A stretch of DNA of 64,000 nt from Oscillospiraceae bacterium (GCA_017410425.1 JAFQQV010000060.1:921-64920); one strand, 5' to 3'; counted from the stretch's first letter, positions 37,760 to 47,981 are shown. Notes: generated by a model not told the origin, from the letters alone. Made by a program: numbers and translations.

Positions 37760-38569
37760 GTGGTGTTGGCAGTGAAATTTATAAAATTATTTTTTACGCT
37801 TTTTTCTGAAAATAGAATAACTCAGGCCTCAGCCGCACTGTCATATTATCTGACCATGACATTTTTTCCTCTGCTTATCATAACTTACTCCTTCCTTGGA
37901 GAAAGCTATGCACGCACAGAGCAGCTTCTGGAGCTTGCAGAGTGGCTGCTGTCTGAGGAGCTTATTGCTTTCATTCATGATTTTTTTCTGTATGTGGATT
38001 CCGGCGACAGGAGTATTATGCTTCCTGTGGGTCTTTCAGTTCTGCTGGCCTATGCATCCTCCGGCCTGCGCTGTGTGCAGAGCACTATCGGCAGTATTCA
38101 GGGCGGCGCTGAGCATAAAGGCCTTGGCGCTTTTTTGTTCAGCTTTGTGTATTGCCTGGCTTTGCTGGCGCTGGTCTATTTTGCGGTGATACTGATGCTA
38201 TCAGGGCCGGAGCTTATTGAGAGGATTATTGGCTTTTTTCCATACAGCACAAAGATTGCTGAGCTGATTCCCATTCCTTATATTTTGTTGACCTTGATTC
38301 TATTTTTATTTTTGCTGGGCCTTTATCATGTGCCCAAAAGAAGGCAGGATAAGTACCGTGTTTTGCCCGGGGCGACAGTTGCAAGCATTGCGGTTCTTTT
38401 GATGAGCCCTATATTTTCTTTTGTGATCAACAGCTCGATCAAGTACTCACTTGTCTACGGCGCAATAGCATCCGTCATACTGCTGATGCTCTGGATTTAT
38501 ATGTGCTGTGTGCTGATATACTCCGGCGCAATATTGAATGTGACGCTATATGCAGTGAAAAATAAATAG
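37760..38569 (+). CDS. YihY/BrkB family membrane protein
   Basis: QASAALSYYLTMTFFPLLI.. signature; 6 TM segments. Confidence 0.8.
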   Translation: MVLAVKFIKLFFTLFSENRITQASAALSYYLTMTFFPLLIITYSFLGESYARTEQLLELAEWLLSEELIAFIHDFFLYVDSGDRSIMLPVGLSVLLAYASSGLRCVQSTIGSIQGGAEHKGLGAFLFSFVYCLALLALVYFAVILMLSGPELIERIIGFFPYSTKIAELIPIPYILLTLILFLFLLGLYHVPKRRQDKYRVLPGATVASIAVLLMSPIFSFVINSSIKYSLVYGAIASVILLMLWIYMCCVLIYSGAILNVTLYAVKNK

Positions 38570-38599
38570 TTCTTTGATATGTTCAAGCAAATCTGTGTT

Positions 38600-39286
38600 T
38601 CATTCTTTCAGATTTACCGGGACAGGCTCTGCAATACTAAGCCCATCTCTTGTAACATCGCAGTCGAAGGCCAGCACTTTTACACCGGCTTTGACAGCTT
38701 CCTGCAGACTAATGCCAAACTCTTTGTGTTTGTCCCAGGCGGGGCGGAACTCATCAATGTGCCTCATCTGGATTATAAACACCGCATAGGCTTCATAGCC
38801 TTGCTTTACGCATTCCATCAGCCCACGCAGATGCTTTATGCCGCGCTCGGTGGGGGCATCAGGAAAAAGGGCGATGTTGTTATCCTCAAGGGTAACTCCT
38901 TTGACTTCAGCAAAGGCTTTTACGCCATCATGCTCAAAGTAATAGTCGAAACGGGAATCACCATGGGTATATTCTGCCTTGACATGGTCCGGAACAAATC
39001 CAAGCCCACCGGCTTTCAGAAATTCACCGAAAACCGCATTGGGCGCGTTTGAATCCATATTCACAAGGCGCTCGCCTTTGTAGACTTTGACAAGGTCAAA
39101 TTTTGTCTTGCGCTGGGGATTGGCTGATTTTTCAAGCAGTACCTTTGCTGCCGGAACCAGCAGCTCCCGGCAGCGTCCGGTGTTCTTTACATGGCAGACG
39201 GTAGGCACACCGTCCACAAGTACATTTGCGATGAAGCGATTGGGGCGATCAATGAATATGCCCTCATGAATATCTGAATACAACAT
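38600..39286 (-). CDS. sfsA: Sugar fermentation stimulation protein SfsA
   Basis: FIDRPNRFIANV..CHVKNTGRCRELL.. is typical of SfsA. Confidence 0.88.
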   Translation of the reverse strand: MLYSDIHEGIFIDRPNRFIANVLVDGVPTVCHVKNTGRCRELLVPAAKVLLEKSANPQRKTKFDLVKVYKGERLVNMDSNAPNAVFGEFLKAGGLGFVPDHVKAEYTHGDSRFDYYFEHDGVKAFAEVKGVTLEDNNIALFPDAPTERGIKHLRGLMECVKQGYEAYAVFIIQMRHIDEFRPAWDKHKEFGISLQEAVKAGVKVLAFDCDVTRDGLSIAEPVPVNLKE

Positions 39287-39287
39287 A

Positions 39288-40073
39288 TTATGTAAACCTT
39301 GCGAAACTCTCCGGCATGCAGATTCTTACCTTGTCATTATAGAGGCTGGATATATCAACATCAATGCCGTAGAGCTGACTTATTACATCACTGGTCATGA
39401 TTTTCTGGGGTTCACCGTGGCAGAGCACACGTCCATCCTTGATGGCCAGAACCTTGTCTGAAAACATATAAGACTGTTCGGGATTATGGGTGGTCTGGAT
39501 GATGGTATAGCCTTCGTCGGCCAGGGCCCGCGCCTGCTCCTGCACCAGAATCTGGTTGCCAAAGTCCAGGCTTGCGGTAGGCTCGTCCAGCATAAGCAGC
39601 TTTGCTTCCTGTACCAGGGCCCTTGCAATTACAGCCAGCTGTCTTTCGCCGCCACTGATGTGGTGGAAGCAGCGTTTACGAAGGTGGGAGATTCCGATTT
39701 TATCCAAAGCCCATTCCACACGCTCAAGCTCCTTTTTGCCGGGGCTACGCAGCAGGTTCAGACCTGATGTGGTGCCCATGAGAACCACATCCTCAACGCT
39801 GTAATTGAAAGTAGGGGAGCAGTTCTGGGGAATATATGCAACCAGCTTTGCCATTTTTGAGGGAGGAAGCTTTCGGGTATCAACTCCGTTTATAAGCACC
39901 TGGCCGCTATAAGTGTCCAGCAGACCCAGTACGCAGCGAAACAGGGTGCTTTTACCAACACCGTTGCAGCCGAGAATGGAGAGAAATTCACCATCGTCCA
40001 CATTGAAGCTGATATCGTGCAGCACCTGATGACTGCCATAAGAGAAGGAAAGATTTTTTACTAAGACGCTCAT
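39288..40073 (-). CDS. ABC transporter ATP-binding protein (iron-chelate/cobalamin FecE type)
   Basis: Walker A GCNGVGKST, signature ISGGERQ, Walker B LLMLDEPT. Confidence 0.88.
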   Translation of the reverse strand: MSVLVKNLSFSYGSHQVLHDISFNVDDGEFLSILGCNGVGKSTLFRCVLGLLDTYSGQVLINGVDTRKLPPSKMAKLVAYIPQNCSPTFNYSVEDVVLMGTTSGLNLLRSPGKKELERVEWALDKIGISHLRKRCFHHISGGERQLAVIARALVQEAKLLMLDEPTASLDFGNQILVQEQARALADEGYTIIQTTHNPEQSYMFSDKVLAIKDGRVLCHGEPQKIMTSDVISQLYGIDVDISSLYNDKVRICMPESFARFT

Positions 40074-41120
40074 TCAGGAATCCCCCCTTCTGGTAATAAG
40101 CAGCAGGAAAAAGGGTGCGCCAATGAAGGCGGTGAGAATGCCAATTGGAATCTCTGTGCTGGAAATGCTTCTGGACACATTATCCACCATCAGCAGAAAC
40201 AGGCCGCCGCCAAGAATTGACGCGGGCAGCAGATAGCGGTAGTCTGAACCAACAAGCCGGCGCATCATATGGGGAATAACGAGTCCGACCCAACCGATCA
40301 TGCCGGATACAGATACAGAAGCTGCGGTTATAAGAGTTGCGCAGACCACTGCCACAAGGCGGGTTCTGCTTGCATCCACACCAAGGGCGCGGGCTTCATC
40401 GTCACCAAGGGTAAGTATGTTCAGTCGCCAGCGTAAAAGCAGCAGGGGAATGATGCCTAACATTATAGGCCAGATTACAAAGCCCAGCTCCTTATTTGTG
40501 GCGCCGACAAATGAGCCCATAAGCCAGTATGTAATGGCAGGAAGCTTGTTGCCCGGATCCGCCACAAGCTTAATGAAGTTTGTACCGGCCTGGAACAGAG
40601 AGCTTACCATTATGCCGGCTAGAATAAGCCCCATGACTCTTTCTCCCTTTGTGCGCTGGCTGATAAAAAATACCATTGCAACTGTCACAAGGCTCATAGC
40701 AAAGGCCAGAACGGTTATGCCGTTACTGTGAAAGTCAACGAGTATTGCAAGGGCGGCACCAAAACCTGCGCCGGCAGACGCACCCAGAATATCAGGTGCT
40801 GCCATAGGATTCTGGAACACGCCCTGATAGCAGGCGCCTGCGGCGGAAAGAGCAGCGCCTACGAGCACAGCGATTAAGATTCTGGGCATACGCACATTCC
40901 ACACGGCAATTTCCTGCGTGTTTTCCCAGAACACGGGGATATTCACAAAGGGGATACGGTCAAGAATTATGCAAATAAGCTCCTTGAGCGGGACGGGGTA
41001 GCGGCCCAGTGTGAAGCTGAGCAGGATACCCAGCACGAGCAGGAGGAAAAGCAAGGCTATAACAGCCGGGCCGGAGAGCAGCCGTTTCTCTCTGTCTGCA
41101 ACAACAATATTATCTGACAT
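40074..41120 (-). CDS. FecCD-family ABC permease
   Basis: Multi-TM, with GAALSAAGACYQGVFQNPMAAPDILG typical of the BtuC/FecCD family. Confidence 0.88.
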   Translation of the reverse strand: MSDNIVVADREKRLLSGPAVIALLFLLLVLGILLSFTLGRYPVPLKELICIILDRIPFVNIPVFWENTQEIAVWNVRMPRILIAVLVGAALSAAGACYQGVFQNPMAAPDILGASAGAGFGAALAILVDFHSNGITVLAFAMSLVTVAMVFFISQRTKGERVMGLILAGIMVSSLFQAGTNFIKLVADPGNKLPAITYWLMGSFVGATNKELGFVIWPIMLGIIPLLLLRWRLNILTLGDDEARALGVDASRTRLVAVVCATLITAASVSVSGMIGWVGLVIPHMMRRLVGSDYRYLLPASILGGGLFLLMVDNVSRSISSTEIPIGILTAFIGAPFFLLLITRRGDS

Positions 41121-41700
41121 TGATATATTCCTTAGCCCACTGTTCTATCGCAGCCCTGACCTTAAGGTCACCGGCTTTTTTCATTTCAACTATCTGAGTA
41201 TCCGGATCATTTGCCAGTACGGTTCTGACAATATCCACGGTCTGAGTAAAACGTGGACCCAAATGGAATTTCTTTTTTACTTCCTTTACATTGGAGCTGT
41301 TTTTCAGCACCGCAATGATTGGGGTATCAAGACTGAATACATCAGCTATGGCGTTTCTGAATTGGGGAATGAGTACGTCAAATCCACCAAACTCATCAAT
41401 GAGAATGAAGGGATAATACTGCGCTTCAGTCAGAAGCTGAACGCCATAGTTTCTGAATACCTCGGTATCCTTTGTAAGGCCCAGTGCGCTTCGGCTTATA
41501 AAGCGCTGTCCAGTATATGAATCCTTGTCGGCAGCTGCGGCGGCGGGGTAGAGATCAAAGCCTTCAAGCTCGCCTTTTTCATCAAGCGCGCGCTCGGTGA
41601 TGATTCCGCCGGCATATGCTATGGAGGAACCAAGTACTTCGCGGATGAGGGTGGTTTTGCCACAGCCGGAAGGACCAGTTATAATCAGGTGTTTTTTCAT
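41110..41700 (-). CDS. P-loop NTPase (THEP1-like)
   Basis: Walker A GPSGCGKTT, Walker B ILIDEFG. The ATG at 41700 gives MKKHLIITG. Confidence 0.7.
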   Translation of the reverse strand: MKKHLIITGPSGCGKTTLIREVLGSSIAYAGGIITERALDEKGELEGFDLYPAAAAADKDSYTGQRFISRSALGLTKDTEVFRNYGVQLLTEAQYYPFILIDEFGGFDVLIPQFRNAIADVFSLDTPIIAVLKNSSNVKEVKKKFHLGPRFTQTVDIVRTVLANDPDTQIVEMKKAGDLKVRAAIEQWAKEYINVR

Positions 41701-41760
41701 ATTGTGCTCCGATCTGCCGTGGAATTTGGCTTTATTCACGCGGCATGGAATATTAGGCTG

Positions 41761-41789
41761 ATTATACATTTTTAAAAGCAATTTGTAAA
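41761..41789 (-). promoter_or_regulatory. Sigma-A promoter of the NTPase-ABC-sfsA operon
   Basis: Minus strand reads TTTACA (41789-41784), a 17 nt spacer ending in TG, then TATAAT (41766-41761). Confidence 0.6.
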
Positions 41790-41909
41790 GAAAAATAACT
41801 TGCTCTGTGCAGGTATATGACGAAGCATAATTTATTGTAAAATAATAGTGCTATTATGAGCGAACTGTGTTATAATATCCAGATAGAATTGATAATGGAG
41901 TAGTTTGAC

Positions 41910-42455
41910 TTGAATAAAAAGTTTTTATCTCTTATAATTGCGCTGCTTTTTATGGTGGTGCTCACAGGCTGCATTGAACGTGTGGAGGAAATTGACCCCA
42001 CAAAGCCACTTGCAGCGGCGGATTCTTCTTTGAAAATTGCAAACCCCATAAAAGAAATGAGCCGCGAGGAGCTCATTGAGAAGACCGGTTTAGACCTGGG
42101 TTCCCCTGAAGGTGCCGAGGACATGGTCTACAGTGTGATTGAATTGAGCGAGGGCAGACCGATTGCCCAGCTTCGCTTTAAGCTTGAAGGGCATGAGCTG
42201 TGCTTCAGAGCTCAGACTGTTAATGGAAAATCCGCTGCTGGCGATATATCAGGGCTCTACTATAATTGGGCCTATACCCGTAATACCTTTGTTGCAAGGC
42301 TTTATGCCGTTGTAAATGTTTCAGGAGATGTTGGCTACATTAAGTGGATTGATGCAGAAAATGGAGTGCAGTACAGCCTTTCCATGACCGAGGGGGCAGA
42401 CGAAAAGCTTCTTGTCGAACTTGCTGATAAGGTTTTTGCCTCAATTCTTGCTTGA
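41910..42455 (+). CDS. Putative lipoprotein, function unknown
   Basis: Signal peptide with lipobox LLFMVVLTGC; TTG start after GGAG. Confidence 0.6.
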   Translation: MNKKFLSLIIALLFMVVLTGCIERVEEIDPTKPLAAADSSLKIANPIKEMSREELIEKTGLDLGSPEGAEDMVYSVIELSEGRPIAQLRFKLEGHELCFRAQTVNGKSAAGDISGLYYNWAYTRNTFVARLYAVVNVSGDVGYIKWIDAENGVQYSLSMTEGADEKLLVELADKVFASILA

Positions 42456-42482
42456 ATAATTTGATTATTGGAGATTTTGGAT

Positions 42483-43568
42483 ATGCCGGGTTTTGAAAAT
42501 AAAACCATATTTGTTACCGGTGCGGCCGGTTTTATAGGAGCGTTCCTTTCTGCGGAGCTTCTTGAAAAGAACGATAATGTCCATGTTGTGGGCATTGACA
42601 GCATGAACGACTATTATGAAGTATCTCTCAAGGAGTACAGGCTTGACATGCTGGAGAAGCTTGCCAAAAAGCGTGAAAGCGCCGGCTGCAAGTTCAGCTT
42701 TATCCGTGGCAACATGGCGGATAAGGCAGTTACCGATGCTGCTTTCAGAGAATATCAGCCTGACATTGTGGTAAACCTTGCCGCTCAGGCCGGCGTGCGT
42801 TATTCCATAGACCACCCCGATGTTTATATTGAGTCAAACCTTATCGGCTTTTACAATATCCTTGAAGCCTGCCGCCATTCATACGACAATGGTGCAAAGG
42901 GCGTGGAGCATCTTGTATACGCCTCCAGCTCCTCTGTTTACGGCAGCAATAAAAAGGTTCCCTATTCCACCGACGATAAGGTCGATAATCCTGTCAGTCT
43001 CTATGCCGCAACGAAAAAATCTGATGAGCTTTTGGCCCATGCCTATTCCAAGCTCTATAATATTCCCAGCACCGGACTTCGCTTCTTCACTGTCTATGGC
43101 CCTGCCGGCAGACCTGACATGGCATACTTTGGCTTTACCAACAAGCTGAGAGCCGGCCAGACTATTGAGATTTTCAACTACGGTAACTGCAAGCGGGACT
43201 TTACTTATATCGACGATATTGTTGAGGGTATAGTCCGCGTCATGGGCAAGGCTCCTGAGCGTAAAACCGGCGAAGATGGTCTGCCTGAGCCCCCTTATAT
43301 GGTATATAATATCGGCAACAGCAATCCCGAGAATCTTTTGGATTTTGTGCAGATTCTTTCGGAGGAACTGGTGGACGCTGGTGTTCTTCCTGTCGATTAT
43401 GATTTTGAGTCCCATAAAAAGCTTGTACCAATGCAGCCCGGCGATGTGGAGATTACATATGCAGATACTACACCGCTGGAGCGGGATTTCGGTTTCAGGC
43501 CCCATACAGCTCTGCGCGAAGGTCTGCGCCGCTTTGCCCGCTGGTACAGCGAGTATTATATGAGCTGA
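42483..43568 (+). CDS. NAD-dependent nucleotide-sugar epimerase (UDP-glucuronate 4-epimerase-like SDR)
   Basis: VTGAAGFIG Rossmann motif and YAATK catalytic motif; adjacent to ugd. Confidence 0.85.
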   Translation: MPGFENKTIFVTGAAGFIGAFLSAELLEKNDNVHVVGIDSMNDYYEVSLKEYRLDMLEKLAKKRESAGCKFSFIRGNMADKAVTDAAFREYQPDIVVNLAAQAGVRYSIDHPDVYIESNLIGFYNILEACRHSYDNGAKGVEHLVYASSSSVYGSNKKVPYSTDDKVDNPVSLYAATKKSDELLAHAYSKLYNIPSTGLRFFTVYGPAGRPDMAYFGFTNKLRAGQTIEIFNYGNCKRDFTYIDDIVEGIVRVMGKAPERKTGEDGLPEPPYMVYNIGNSNPENLLDFVQILSEELVDAGVLPVDYDFESHKKLVPMQPGDVEITYADTTPLERDFGFRPHTALREGLRRFARWYSEYYMS

Positions 43569-43580
43569 GGAGGAAAACAT

Positions 43581-44786
43581 ATGAAAATTGCAGTAGCAGG
43601 CGTTGGATATGTTGGCCTGTCCCTTGCGGTGCTCTTCTCCCGGCATCATGAGGTCTATGCTGTCAGCACCACCCAGAGAAAGGTGGACATGATAAACAGC
43701 GGCAAGTCTCCCATCGTTGATAAGGAGATTGAAGCTTACCTTGCCAAGGGCGGCCTTAATCTCACCGCCACCACCAACAAGGAACTGGCATACAAGGAAG
43801 CGGAGTTTGTGGTTATCGCGACCCCCACAAACTATGACCCTGACAAAAATTATTTTGACACTTCTGCTGTTGAGGATGTTATAAGAACTGTCCTCAAGGT
43901 AAACCCTGAGGCTGTCATGGTAATCAAGTCCACTGTGCCTGTTGGCTATACCGAGCGTGTAAGAGCAGAGTTCAATACCGAAAATATTCTTTTCTCTCCT
44001 GAGTTCCTGCGTGAAGGCAGTGCCCTTTACGACAATCTCTATCCTTCCCGCATTATTGTGGGTGCTTCGGAGGAAAATGAATACCTTATGGAAAAGGCCC
44101 GCGTCTTTGCTGAGCTTCTTAAAGAAGGTGCCGAAAAGAAGGATGTTGCGGTTCTGTTTACCAATCCTACCGAGGCTGAGGCAGTCAAGCTCTTTGCCAA
44201 TACATACCTCGCACTTCGCGTCAGCTTTTTCAATGAGCTGGACACCTATGCCGAGGCCCGAGGGCTGAATACCCGCCATATCATTGACGGCGTTTGCCTT
44301 GACCCCCGCATCGGCTCCCACTACAATAATCCCTCCTTTGGCTACGGCGGCTACTGCCTGCCCAAGGATACAAAGCAGCTGCGCGCAAACTATAAGGATG
44401 TTCCTGAAAACCTTATCTCCGCCATTGTTGAGAGCAACTGCACCCGCAAGGACGTTATTGCTGACAGTGTGCTGAGAAAGGCCGGTTTCTTTGACGGCAA
44501 GCGTGACTGCATTGTAGGTGTCTACAGGCTCACAATGAAATCCGGCTCCGACAACTTCCGCGCCTCCAGTATTCAGGGGGTTATGAAGCGTGTAAAGGCC
44601 AAGGGCGTTGAGATGGTAATCTACGAACCCACTCTGAAGGAAGACAATTTCTTCAATAGCCGCAAGATAGAGGATCTGGCTGAGTTCAAGAGTGTGTGCG
44701 ATGTTATAATTGCAAACCGCATGAGCCAGGAACTTTCCGATGTGGCAGAAAAGGTCTACACCCGTGATCTGTTTTCAAGAGACTGA
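43581..44786 (+). CDS. ugd: UDP-glucose 6-dehydrogenase
   Basis: AGVGYVGL N-terminus and catalytic [11 protein letters not shown]. Confidence 0.92.
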   Translation: MKIAVAGVGYVGLSLAVLFSRHHEVYAVSTTQRKVDMINSGKSPIVDKEIEAYLAKGGLNLTATTNKELAYKEAEFVVIATPTNYDPDKNYFDTSAVEDVIRTVLKVNPEAVMVIKSTVPVGYTERVRAEFNTENILFSPEFLREGSALYDNLYPSRIIVGASEENEYLMEKARVFAELLKEGAEKKDVAVLFTNPTEAEAVKLFANTYLALRVSFFNELDTYAEARGLNTRHIIDGVCLDPRIGSHYNNPSFGYGGYCLPKDTKQLRANYKDVPENLISAIVESNCTRKDVIADSVLRKAGFFDGKRDCIVGVYRLTMKSGSDNFRASSIQGVMKRVKAKGVEMVIYEPTLKEDNFFNSRKIEDLAEFKSVCDVIIANRMSQELSDVAEKVYTRDLFSRD

Positions 44787-44796
44787 TGAAACAAAC

Positions 44797-44830
44797 AAAG
44801 CCCTACAATTGTAGGGCTTTATTTGTTGCG
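44797..44830. terminator. Bidirectional terminator between ugd and the convergent gene
   Basis: aaagccctaca..tgtagggcttt palindrome flanked by A and T runs. Confidence 0.7.
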
Positions 44831-44835
44831 GCACA

Positions 44836-45630
44836 TCAGCGCATGTTTCTGTATTCGTCACACTCACATATGCTGTCAGGCGGGAAAAATTCCTCCACCG
44901 GGAAGCGGATACGGCTGAAGAGGGAACAGGGATCATCCTCGGTGATACAGCCGGGGCACTCCTTCTCGGGCAGGCAGTAGTCATATGCCGGGATTAGCAG
45001 CTGGGTATCCCGCTCAAGCCGGATAATTGAGAACTGACCTATGGTAGCAAACCAGCGGCGTGCGGTGTCCGTGAGCACCAGGCTTTCAGGGAAAACTGCA
45101 GAAATGGCAGCGGGGATGCTGCGCTGCTCAAGCTCTGTAGGCAGCAGACACTCTGCATCAACAAGCTTTGAGTGCAGATGGATGGGATCCACAGAGTCTA
45201 CAACCGCAATGGGCAGATCGTTGAGCCCCACAGTGGGAATATTGTTTTCTGAGCTATAGGTTTTCACACTTCCCATGCTGCCAAAAAGCATGACCCGCTT
45301 ATCAAATACACAGAGGCCTGTAACGATCTGGCCGCCGGGGAAAGTTTCACCGGTGACCATATAGAAGTAAGTGCAGTCTACAGTGTAATAGCCCCGGTTG
45401 AAGCCCACCGGCGCCACGCTTACATCCACATAGAGCAGCTCTGCCGTTTTGGGACGGATGCTCAGAGCGTTTTCTATGTATGACTGGGAGGAAAGGGTGG
45501 GGTAGACTCTCAGATCGTCCACACAGTCTTTATCTCTGCAGCTGTCGAATATCTTTCTTGTATTGATGCATACGGCTTCACGAATACTTGCCGAGCTTTC
45601 CACAGGCCCGGGAGCGACTCTGTCGGCCAT
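44836..45630 (-). CDS. Cys-rich hypothetical protein
   Basis: ORF 44836..45906. ATG 45630 (MADRVAPG) follows AGGAGG at 45643-45638. Cys clusters CINTRKIFDSCRDKDC and CPGC..C..CEC. Confidence 0.6.
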   Translation of the reverse strand: MADRVAPGPVESSASIREAVCINTRKIFDSCRDKDCVDDLRVYPTLSSQSYIENALSIRPKTAELLYVDVSVAPVGFNRGYYTVDCTYFYMVTGETFPGGQIVTGLCVFDKRVMLFGSMGSVKTYSSENNIPTVGLNDLPIAVVDSVDPIHLHSKLVDAECLLPTELEQRSIPAAISAVFPESLVLTDTARRWFATIGQFSIIRLERDTQLLIPAYDYCLPEKECPGCITEDDPCSLFSRIRFPVEEFFPPDSICECDEYRNMR

Positions 45631-45778
45631 AGAAATACCTCCTGTTGTTGTGATTGAAAAAATGACTTCGATACAGTTTATGCCGGCGAAGCCGAACTGT
45701 GTTAAAAAAGGCTTGAAAAAGCTATGAGCCCAAGTGTATAATATTCTAATAAGAGCTAAGCCGGAGGGAGGCAATAGT

Positions 45779-46294
45779 ATGGAGCGGCACGGATTTATAC
45801 ATGAAAAACTGGATATCAAGATTCTTATTCTCTTTATTCTGCGCCGTCTGCCCGGCGAGGTTGATCCCCATACTCTTGCTGAACTTTGCCAGTGTGATGA
45901 AGGCATAGGCTATTTTGACTACAGTGATTGTCTGGCTGAACTGGTAGAGACTGATCATATCTCTGAAAGCCCCGACGGCTATACCATTACTGAGAAGGGC
46001 GCTCGTAATGCCGACACTGTTGAAAGCAGTCTGCCCTATTCTGTCCGCAGCAAGGCCCTGAAGCTTATAGCTCCTGTTGAAGAGAAAATGCGCCGCGCCG
46101 CAATGATCACCGCAAAACACAATATTAGTGATGATGGCTGTTTTGTGCAGCTTGCAATGTCGGACGGCAAGGGTGAGATTATCAATCTCAGCTTCCTTTG
46201 CGCCGATGAGGAGCAGGCTAAAAAGATCGAGAAGAATTTCCGCCGCGATGCGGAAAACTATTATCTCAAGATTGCAGAGCTTCTCAGCAAATGA
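45779..46294 (+). CDS. DUF4364-family protein
   Basis: MERHGFIHEKLDIKILILFILRRL.., a winged-helix-like N-terminus typical of this clostridial family. ATG follows GGAGGG. Confidence 0.6.
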   Translation: MERHGFIHEKLDIKILILFILRRLPGEVDPHTLAELCQCDEGIGYFDYSDCLAELVETDHISESPDGYTITEKGARNADTVESSLPYSVRSKALKLIAPVEEKMRRAAMITAKHNISDDGCFVQLAMSDGKGEIINLSFLCADEEQAKKIEKNFRRDAENYYLKIAELLSK

Positions 46295-46356
46295 AAATTA
46301 CAGCTGCCGGGTGCAGAGCCCGGCAGACTTTATTGTACAGTGATATTGGAGCACAT

Positions 46357-47370
46357 ATGAAAACCTATATTCCCGAAAACTACAAAAGCCTTCTCTCTAT
46401 ATATGATACTCAGAAGGCTATAAGTCTGCTCAAACGCCTGTTTGAGGATAACCTGGGTGCAAAGTTGAACCTGCACCGTGTTTCCGCACCTCTCTTTGTG
46501 GGCGAAAATTCCGGCCTCAACGATAACCTCAACGGCTATGAAAGACCTGTTTCCTTTGACATCCTTCACGCGGCCCAGCATGCGGAGGTCGTTCAGTCTC
46601 TTGCAAAGTGGAAACGCCTTGCACTCAAACGCTACAGCTTCTATCCCGGTAAGGGTATCTATACCGATATGAATGCAATTCGGCGTGACGAGGATGAACT
46701 GGATAATCTCCACTCTGTCTACGTTGACCAGTGGGACTGGGAAAAGGTGATTCTCGCAGAAAACAGAAATATTGACTATCTCAAGTTTACTGTTATGGAC
46801 ATCGTCACCGCTATCTGTGATACCCAGGATACCATGCAGGCTATTTATCCGCAGCTTTCCGTGCTGCCAAAGCTTAACCGACGTGTCAGCTTTGTTACAT
46901 CCCAGCAGCTGGAGGATATGTATCCCGAGCTCAGCCCCAAGCAGAGAGAGTATGAGTTTGTCAAGGAATACAAGACAGTTTTCATTATCGGTATAGGCGG
47001 CGCGCTCAAGTCCGGCAAGCGCCATGACGGCCGCGCTCCCGACTATGATGACTGGAGTCTTAACGGCGATATAATGTTCTGGGATGACCTGCTGGAGTGC
47101 CCTATGGAGATTTCCTCCATGGGTATAAGAGTTGATCCGGAGACCCTGGAAAATCAGCTTCGTATCTCCGGTTGTGAGGACAGACGAGAACTGCCTTACC
47201 ATAAGGCACTGCTTTCCGGCGAGCTGCCTCTGACCATCGGCGGCGGTATCGGTCAGTCCCGTCTCTCTATGCTCATTCTGGGCAAGGCCCATATTGGCGA
47301 GGTTCAGGCTTCCATCTGGGACGATGAAACCATGGACATTTGCCGTGAAAAGGGTATTATTCTTCTTTAA
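46357..47370 (+). CDS. asnA: Aspartate--ammonia ligase
   Basis: The ATG at 46357 gives MKTYIPENYKSLLSIYDTQKAISLLK.., with class-II-synthetase-like motifs (GIGQSRL). Confidence 0.9.
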   Translation: MKTYIPENYKSLLSIYDTQKAISLLKRLFEDNLGAKLNLHRVSAPLFVGENSGLNDNLNGYERPVSFDILHAAQHAEVVQSLAKWKRLALKRYSFYPGKGIYTDMNAIRRDEDELDNLHSVYVDQWDWEKVILAENRNIDYLKFTVMDIVTAICDTQDTMQAIYPQLSVLPKLNRRVSFVTSQQLEDMYPELSPKQREYEFVKEYKTVFIIGIGGALKSGKRHDGRAPDYDDWSLNGDIMFWDDLLECPMEISSMGIRVDPETLENQLRISGCEDRRELPYHKALLSGELPLTIGGGIGQSRLSMLILGKAHIGEVQASIWDDETMDICREKGIILL

Positions 47371-47377
47371 TAATATG

Positions 47378-47407
47378 GGCAGACAGAAAATTTCTGTCTG
47401 CCTTTTT
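47378..47407. terminator. Bidirectional terminator (asnA / DUF4830 gene)
   Basis: ggcagacagaaa/tttctgtctgcc palindrome followed by TTTTT. Confidence 0.75.
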
Positions 47408-47408
47408 G

Positions 47409-47867
47409 CTACTGTTTTTCGTTCTTTTTAAGTCCGTGCATGAAGCCGTTTACTGCAGTGGTATGTATGTCGGCAGCGATAAGCTTTCCGTCCTGAACAT
47501 AGAGTGTGACGATTACCGTGCCGTCGCTGTCGGTGTAGTTTGTCAGCTCATAGCTGTATTGGCTGCAGCTTTCGCCCAGATGCATGCTCAGATCGTAGCC
47601 CTGGGCCTGCTGCATGCGGTTGTACTGGGCCATTATGCCGTCAAGCTTGTCGGGCACGATGACTGTCCTGAATGATTCACTGTCAGGCTTGATTTCCCAG
47701 CCCAGTGAATTTAGATATGCCTCACGCCCTTCGCTTGTGCTGAGGTCAAATTCTGTTCCGGGCAGGAAAATACTGCGTGCCATTATAAGTAAAAATATTA
47801 TTGCTCCACATATGAGCACTGTGAGCAAGGCTTTTCTTCTGCTGGTCTTTACGGTTCTTTCTGCCAT
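47409..47867 (-). CDS. DUF4830 domain protein (membrane-anchored)
   Basis: N-terminal TM segment and LNSLGWEI..YNRMQQAQGYDL.., typical of this family. Confidence 0.65.
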   Translation of the reverse strand: MAERTVKTSRRKALLTVLICGAIIFLLIMARSIFLPGTEFDLSTSEGREAYLNSLGWEIKPDSESFRTVIVPDKLDGIMAQYNRMQQAQGYDLSMHLGESCSQYSYELTNYTDSDGTVIVTLYVQDGKLIAADIHTTAVNGFMHGLKKNEKQ

Positions 47868-47981
47868 AATTTCCTCCGATTTGATTCTGTTAAAATCTAT
47901 CCTCTGAAGATAAGCTATTCAAATTGAAGACAAAGTATGTTAAACTAAAATTTAATTGCAAAGAAAATGGGGGAATATCTC

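Noticed and set aside
45631-45906. N-terminal 92 codons of listed ORF 44836..45906.
   Set aside because: This upstream part is Arg/Ser/Ile-rich junk that overlaps the divergent promoter region and the start of the DUF4364 gene. A perfect AGGAGG precedes the internal ATG at 45630, so the shorter gene model was adopted.
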